Below the pieces are notes generated by a model. That model worked only from the letters and a program-made list of their open reading frames with translations, did no database searches and was not told the origin of the DNA. A stretch of 40,565 nucleotides of DNA from Bigelowiella natans CCMP2755 (lineage: Eukaryota; Protista; Cercozoa): positions 1-40,565 of the forward strand of contig ADNK01003463.1 in the NCBI GenBank assembly GCA_000320545.1, given 5' to 3'. Position 1 is the stretch's first letter. Each line of letters begins with the position of its first letter. Below are positions 33,240 to 40,565 of the stretch, in pieces. A program made the position numbers and the translations under genes.

Positions 33240-34404
33240 TTATTATATAGGTGATCACTTGACGGACTTTGCGATACTCCAACACGAGCTAGGAGAGTGC
33301 TATCCATATTCGGAAGATGACCGTATTATCCATCGATTCTTTTTGGCTGGCATAGCGATCTTCGGCGTGATCTTGCTCCTCTCGCTTTACCAGGTTGTAC
33401 ATTGATTGCTTAGCTCGAATGGGGTTACTGGAAGGGGGGGGGGGGGTCTGCCTTTGGACGTTAGTTTCCGATTTGAATGGCAACGATTCTTGGTAAGCCC
33501 CAACTCCTTGTTTCATTTATCCCTTCCCGATTTAGATATTTCAACTAGCGAAAGCTGGAAAGCTCAGTACTCTCGTGGGATTCGCACATGGCTGCGTCTT
33601 CGCATGCGCTGCTTTCCGAATTTGGTGGAGCATTCTCCTTTCGCAGGAGTTCCATTGGTTTACGCCTCAAAACATCAACATCTGGTACGTACGCTAGCTC
33701 ATCTCGCGTTTGTAGCCGCAGTTCGTGGTCACGAGCAGGCTAGAGGCCTTAGAAATATAGAATGGCTTGGTTGCGCTTTCTTATGGGCGCGTTCCCTAAC
33801 CTGGCAAGTCTCGCGAGGAGACAGCACTTACGTTGCTTTTTGGTTTTTGTTCGTTTCGTTGGAAGTTGAGAAAACATTCGCGTTTCATCTAAGTTGTATT
33901 GGCCATCTACAGGGCCGTCGTGGCGATGTTGGGAGTCCCTTATATTCTGATGAATATTGTCACTCTGATTGTCCTCTTCTCGTGGATAGCTCTTGTAAGT
34001 TCTCTTACATGTAATCGGGGGGAGGGTGATATGATATGCTGTCTTTCCCATTTGGTTGCTAAATCATTATTACGTGCAGGTGATTTGAGGGAGTTATATT
34101 GTAGCTTCTCGTCCCCCCTTTCCCTCATCCATGTGTGTTTGCGTTTTTGTTAAATGGAAGGTGCATAATCACTCTCTCTCTCGGAAACCGTTTGAGAAAG
34201 TCCGGATCTACTTCGTCATCTCCTGTGGTATCCTGGGCGGAGCCATTTTATCGCTCTTCCTCCTGACCATAGTTTTGGCAGGTTCGTGTAATGTGCGTCG
34301 TAGAAGAATGCATCACTTTAGATCGCATTGGCTGCGGTGATTTTCGAGTCAGATGCCGACAGCTCGAATGGACCGACCGCCTTAACCCAAAGTTGTGTGT
34401 ATGT

Positions 34405-34448
<44 letters not shown>

Positions 34449-35066
34449 GCTTGTTCCTGTGTCCTCAATACCTCAGGTGCTTCGATCGCTCTGGTCGCGT
34501 TGCCCTTTTTCTTCGTCGTTTTAAATACAATCGAAGCTGTCGTTATATTCACACTCGGTTGGAGGCTCTCTAGAATGCTTCAGAGGGGTCGTCTGAGCAT
34601 GCGAGCATATAGCCCCCTAGCTAGCAAAGATCCCCGTCCGCGCTTGTCCGCGCTTTCTTGTCGTTTTTGAGCCATTTCGAGAATCGGATTCGCTTTTGGA
34701 AACTAGATAGTGCTGCGTTAATGTACATGTCCATGTTCTAGTTTTCAATGGACTTTCTGCGCCTCCTACCTATCGTGTGTGTTTCTCGCGTAAAGCACAC
34801 GCACACACACACACACACACACACCTTCCTAGCCTCCCCTTCGAATCCTTTTTCTGCTTTGTTTCACTTACTCTGTGTTGGTTTATCATGGAATCAAAAG
34901 GAATGGCCAGAGAGAAGTCGAGAAGGCGACGAATCTTCACAGCTGCGTTGTTGTTGTCTGTCTTTCTTCTACTCTCTGGAGTCTTTTGGGCAATTCAAGC
35001 TATTACCTACCAAAAACAGAAGGATCGAAATGTACAGCACCAATATTCCATGGAATAGTATTTTAA

Positions 35067-35128
<62 letters not shown>

Positions 35129-35814
35129 GTGCATATCTACGCTGGCACACTTGCAAGAGTGCACAATCCTCTTATTAATATGTGCGTGCCCGCTAACATG
35201 ATGATCTCATATGCCTGTTCTTAGAGATTCGGCCCCGCTGTGGTTGGCCTGAGTATCGCGTTTGATGTGACGCACATTCTGATTCAAACCACGGTACTCA
35301 TTCTCTATGCTCCAGGTGAGCCATCCACTCTGTTGTAAGTCGTAGTGATGATCAAAGAGGGATTTCATAGTCCGTTAATACAATGAAGAACAGAGGAGGA
35401 GGAGAGGGGGGGGGGGGGGGGCACAGGGATATATAAAGAGTGCTAGAAGTTTCTCACGAGCACCATATTGCCGTGAATGCTATCTGCCTCAATTTCATAA
35501 CAGATGTTACGTGTAACCTACCAGACACAAACGGAAACACCATAGAAACGCAACGCATTACACGAGCATTTATAAACCAGCTGACTGCGTTTCCATCAGG
35601 GGTCCGACGGTACGTGGAGAAGGCACAAAGTACTACGGCCAGGGCAGGGAATAAAGGAGGGGAATTACTTTCTGGTTCTGATATCCATTCTGATCCGGAA
35701 GGGAGCGTGGAAGGCAAGGACCAATCTTTCAAACCTGTGAGGTATCATATTTATTCCGAGCTTTTACTCACGAACACAGAGGCTTAAAGAGCGACCTACG
35801 GGTCGATGAAACAT

Positions 35815-35893
<79 letters not shown>

Positions 35894-35970
35894 CAAACAC
35901 ATATTATCTCTAGAACGTGGTATAAAACTGACTGCTTACTAAATTCGAATAACTTCAGGAGTATGGATAA
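27704..35970 (+). CDS. REJ/PKD-like ectodomain - GPS (GAIN) - 7TM receptor, adhesion-GPCR-like
   Basis: Signal-like N-terminus, Ser/Pro/Thr repeats; REJ motif LKAAIVGGSYRTV...LQLDASQSVDPD...YRWSC; spliced GPS CSFWDSKNNTWSTKGC...ECQC|DHLTDFAIL (exon end 33001, next exon start 33251); seven hydrophobic exon segments near 33330, 33570, 33920, 34205, 34480, 34930 and 35235; probable last exon 35959-35970. Confidence 0.85.
27773..28149 (+). repeat. Coding tandem repeats: ~2.7 x 99 bp (33 aa), then ~1.7 x 75 bp (25 aa); mucin-like stalk
   Basis: GCTTCGGCCACATCG recurs at 27782, 27881 and 27980; CCAAGTAGGCAACCATCTACC recurs at 28022 and 28097. Confidence 0.92.
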
Positions 35971-37257
35971 ATTAAATTTAAAAGGCCAAAGGAGTTATCG
36001 TCGGCTATAAGATTATCTCGATGTACGAAAGGGAGAATTGCTGTAGTTTCATGGACGCGAAAAATTCGTGGAGAATGGTGGGGAGTGCGTGGGCATATCA
36101 TTTTGAATTATTCCATTGCATCTAATAGAAAGACGAAAACCCATCACACTCTTTGTTTTTGGATAATAGACACACACAACGCTTGTACTACTATATGCGT
36201 CTGTGGCCCGCCTGAGTGTGAAACAATCCTAAACAGTTGCATAACGTGTAACTTTCTACAACTCGCCCATTGTGTGTACAAATCACGATATATGAGACGG
36301 GTGTGACAAAGTGATAAAATATTTTCAATGTACATGGCATTCTAATGTGCCTATACAAAGCAGCAGCAGTACTAGAGTAGACAGCGCATCTGTGGTACGT
36401 ACCTGTTTCTCTCTACTGTTTGCATCATATGCTTTATGTATTTAAAACCATCCACAACTGTCGTGACTGTCCGCGCGCAGTGTGATATATACATGTAGCG
36501 TTCGAGCTTCTCCATGGACCAGCAAAGTACGTGTCAAGAAGTGATAGTGGTGATGAGATCAAAGGACATGTAATACCACATGCATGTAGATAGTAGCATG
36601 TGTGATGTTACTGTGTCTATCATCAAGCATGTCGCACAATTATCCTGCGATTGTAGCAAAAATGGCAAGATGCACATTGCAGTGCTTTAAACCTTGAAAA
36701 GGATTTCAGGACTACCTGCGATCCAAATTTGTTTCTAACGATGTTCCCCATGCTAGCATGTTCTCACTACTAGCTAACTAGACTGGTGCACTTCCACCGC
36801 GACGTACATCGAACAAAAGTGCAGTGCACTAAAACTTTGCACATTGCGCACCAATGTATAATGCTAGCAATACATGGATCAATGATGGCAACAGACATGT
36901 GCACGTACTGCTAGACTGGCACACATGAGACGTGTCTGGATGATCTAGATGATATCTAGCTAGTAGCATGGATGTGCTGCAGCACTGCTAGACTGCAGCA
37001 GGAGCTAGAAAAGAAACTTGCCGCTGAGTACACTGATGATCCGGTTTGTTTCACCAGAGCTAAAGGGCTGATCTAGCTGATGTGCTAGCTAGCTAGGCTA
37101 GAGCAGGGAAGGCAATTTTCCACCGAAAAGGATTGAGGAGGGAACAGATTTCACTGGACAGAAGCTAGAGAAGGGTGCAGTTGGATTTTGCGCGCGTGAC
37201 AGCATGTTGTGAGCTGAGATCGCATGCATGCGGCCAGCCAGCCCTGCTAATGCACAT

Positions 37258-37300
<43 letters not shown>

Positions 37301-37528
37301 AACGCACATGCTGACAAGCGTGATGCACCATCAACACGGCTATGATGAGTCCAACTATTACTTGCACCATCATTATGATCGACTAGCGGCGATTATTATC
37401 ACACAGCAGCAGCACACCGACTGTAGCAACGACACGCACTTGAGATAACAGCAAGGGCGAAGAAGCTGTGCCCTCGAAACAGCATCCGCGGAAGCTAAAG
37501 CGACCCAGCGCGCCTCGACTGGCCTCTC

Positions 37529-38548
37529 TCAATCTTCCGGCTCCTCTTCCTCAAAATCGTCTTGTTGCGTCATCTGGCCTTTGGTGATGTTCTTCACGAA
37601 TTCTAGCGTGACATAGAGGCCGCTGCCTCGGCGATACAAGGCTCCCTTGTTTCCAAATGTGTTTCCTCGCAGCCTCTCACTCGTCCGGGACCTACTCCGC
37701 CCCCCCCCTGACCTTCCGTACGAGCCTGGTGCAGCCTCGCTCGTCGCGGTCTCGCTGCTATAGCTTCTCCCTTCCTTCACCGGAGGCAGTGGCGACGGGG
37801 ATCGATCTCTTCGGATGTAAGGTTGCGACCCCGCGGACGACGCGAGCCCTTTGCCCTCCTCGCCAGCGTCTTTCACCAGCGCCATTTCCTCTTGCATCTG
37901 ACGGTTTGCGATGAAGAGGCGGAGGCAGTGCGAGGCGACGGCCTCCACCGTGGTAGCCGGCTCAGGGAGCTTCTCCTCGAAATCGGGGTTTGCGTAGAGA
38001 GCGATGTGCGCGAGAAGCTGCTGGGAGGCCTTCTCCGGCATGAAGGCGGAGAGGCAGAGGTAGATAAGGCGAAAGCCGAGGAGCTGCCACTCCACTTTAG
38101 GCGTTTGCGTGGTTTGCTTGATGAGCTGGCAGAAGATCTCGTCGCGGAGGGAGGGCTCGGCGTGACCTGTCGTTACGACTGCCAGCCCTGTTGTGGTAGG
38201 GTACACGTGCGACTTGACGTTCATATATCTGAAGGTTTTGAAGGAGGGGGGGGGGTGGAGGGGGACGTCAGAAAGACGGGAGGAAGAGTGATAATGGTGG
38301 TGGTGATGATGATGGTAGATAAGAGTTTGTGGATTGTAGTTTCTCTCTCTCTCTCTCTCTCCCTCCCTCCCTCCCTCCCCTCCTCTTATTAGATTGAGCA
38401 GTATCTTACCGGAGCATGTTGTCAAACGTCGCTATGGCCTTCTTCTTCAGCGACCTCGCCTCCGTTTTCGCCATCTTTATGGGAAGGAGAAACTTAACGC
38501 GCATGATTGGAAAATTCGGCATTGCAAAACTATAATATATAAATACTC

Positions 38549-38580
<32 letters not shown>

Positions 38581-38748
38581 ATATATTTATTATGGATCCC
38601 AAGTGACAAGCGAGGTACCTTCTCGTCCTCAAGCTTTGGAACTCTTAATCGAAGCAGAGAGTTGTGAAGGCTACCCTTCTGGAAGATGAAACGTTGTTTT
38701 CGAGCGTTGCTGCGGCTTAGAATCCTGTAATGTAGGGGAAAATGCTAA

Positions 38749-38785
<37 letters not shown>

Positions 38786-39555
38786 TTTATCTTCTCAATT
38801 ATCATTCATTTTCCCATTACAATCCTTTCAGGTATTCTTTCTCCGGCAGCAGCGTTGGGACACTCTGGAGCGGAAACTTGTGCTTCATCTGACGACCAGA
38901 AAGAACGTGTCAAAAATGCGACAAAAACGCAGTAGCAAAATAGCAGCAGCAGCAAGAAGAAATATGAGACCCGCCCTCTTAAGAAAGCAAAGACCTCATC
39001 CACCACCACCAGCTGCTGCTGCTACTCGCACACCATTATCATCCACCAAGCAGCAATCAATCACGCTGCCATCACCACCTTGATCATAGACGAATACATC
39101 GCTTTCTCATTACTACTGCCCTGGAGCTCGCCCCCCCCTCCCCCCGGGGCCTCCTCGTCGATCTCCAAACAGTCCTCAGGCATTATGGAAGACGCCGACG
39201 AGCGTATGCTGCCGATGGCATTTCCCATCAGCTTCGGGGCAGCATCTGACATCTCCGATGGCGCTCTTATGATGCGCGTTTCTAGCACCGGAGGAGGCCC
39301 CTTCTCACCCTCCTCCTTTCCCTTCTCTTCTCGGATCAATGCCTGGGACGTCTGAAGCCCGAGAATCCCCCGAATCGCAGCTTGCAGCGCCAAGGTTGAC
39401 GATATGTAGCTGGGGGAGAGAAAGGGGGCGCGCGGGGGGGGGGGGGGGGGGGCGAACACGTTGGTATTTTAGGCTTATTGTGCAAGGGAAAAATCTTGGT
39501 TAAGGTATGCATCTTAATAATACACACACACGCACGCACACACGCACATATTATA

Positions 39556-39594
<39 letters not shown>

Positions 39595-39820
39595 CAACAA
39601 ACGCGACTGAAACACGCATACCCATCCTGCCGCAGCGTCTCAAGCACCCTGCGCGCGTTGGAGGTCCACAGCACTCTATTCTTGCCAACCTGGATGGCGT
39701 TTGGATCGAGGTCCTGATCGGAGTTCTTCACCAGCGCGAAGATGACCTCCTTCAGTCGCAAGCAAGCGGAGCGCTGAGTATCATCGCTCTTATTCTTCCC
39801 CTCCCCCCCCCGCCCCATGC

Positions 39821-39864
<44 letters not shown>

Positions 39865-40565
39865 CGATCGCCGTCCTCCGATGTCGTGGTCGTCCTCGCG
39901 GTCACAGCCCCTTCCTCCCCCTCCCCATCGGCGCGGAGGAGCTCGATGGCGCTGTATTGGCGGAGAAACTCCTCGTGCGTTTTGCGGTAAGGGAGGCCGT
40001 GGCGACGGATTTCTATGGCCTCAACCAGCCCCCCTGTCCTCATTTGCCGCAGCACGGTTTGGGAGTCAAAGCTGAAGGGCAGCTTGCTCGAGTTCGGCTT
40101 GATGCAGCGGATGAAGTGCGGCGTGGTCTCGCGGAGCGACGCGATGAGCGCGCGGATCGACCCGCGGAACTGCGACCCCAGCGTGTGCGTAGCTCGCGAG
40201 TGGCGCATCGTGGACTTGCGCATGCTCATCTTCTTGTACTCCTTCTCCTTCTTCCGCGCGCGCTCGACGATGGACATCGCGCTTGACTTCTTTATCTTGG
40301 CGAAGGGGTCGTTCTTGGCCTCCGCCTCAGGCGGAAACAGCCCGCTCAGGATTGAAAGCTCCGAGGCGCGGAGGAGGTCTTTGAGGGACAGGTGCACGTG
40401 ATCTTTGTTCTTCACGATGAAGCCCGTGACGTTGTACGCGACGTCGCCCGAGTAATGCTTGATCACGAACGTGTGTTTGCTGCTCCGCTTGGCCGAGAAG
40501 TGCTTGTTGGGCCGTCGGGTTCTTGGACGTTGTGGCTCGTGATGAGGTTGTGCGTCTCGATGATT
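37529..40565 (-). CDS. Myosin heavy chain, 3' part: end of motor domain, IQ motif, MyTH4 domain
   Basis: FVIKHYSGDVAYNVTGFIVKNKD, TLGSQFRGSIRALIASLRETTPHFIRCIKPN, VLRQMRTGGLVEAIEIRRHGLPYR, IQVGKNRVL; IQ-like LQAAIRG (exon 39079-39409); MyTH4 LRDEIFCQLIKQTT...GFRLIYLCLSAFMP; stop at 37529. The 5' part runs off the window. Confidence 0.96.

Overview
Intron-rich eukaryotic (protist-like) nuclear DNA; the organism cannot be identified from this window. Host-type genes: 3' part of an RGS-domain gene (+), an unknown minus-strand gene, a TMUB-like ubiquitin-like/membrane gene (+), a large signal-peptide protein ending in two PH-like repeats (-), an REJ-GPS-7TM adhesion-GPCR-like receptor (+) and the 3' part of a MyTH4 myosin (-). 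A very young Ty3/gypsy LTR retrotransposon (5172-10887; 326-bp LTRs identical by eye, ACAA target duplication) is inserted into a ~9-kb domain holding a decayed DUF6589/Dileera-like transposase and a ParB/methyltransferase-like/PHD-like gene. Three things stand out. (1) That domain has lost almost every TpA dinucleotide (TA->TG/CA; Tyr->Cys/His; GTA donors->GCA) while keeping CpG, suggesting a RIP-like A:T->G:C hypermutation process with CTAG as a refractory context; CTAG/CATG-rich tracts also fill the gaps between convergent genes. (2) A tight tRNA cluster contains three non-canonical 69-70-nt tRNA-Arg-like genes (no U8/A9 connector, 5-nt D-loop, extended anticodon stem, compensatory changes) behind a normal tRNA-Asp. 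(3) The retrotransposon integrase has a shortened D(27)E core and ends in a degenerate Dam-like adenine-methyltransferase-like domain. All counts are by eye and all domain calls come from motif recognition, not database searches.
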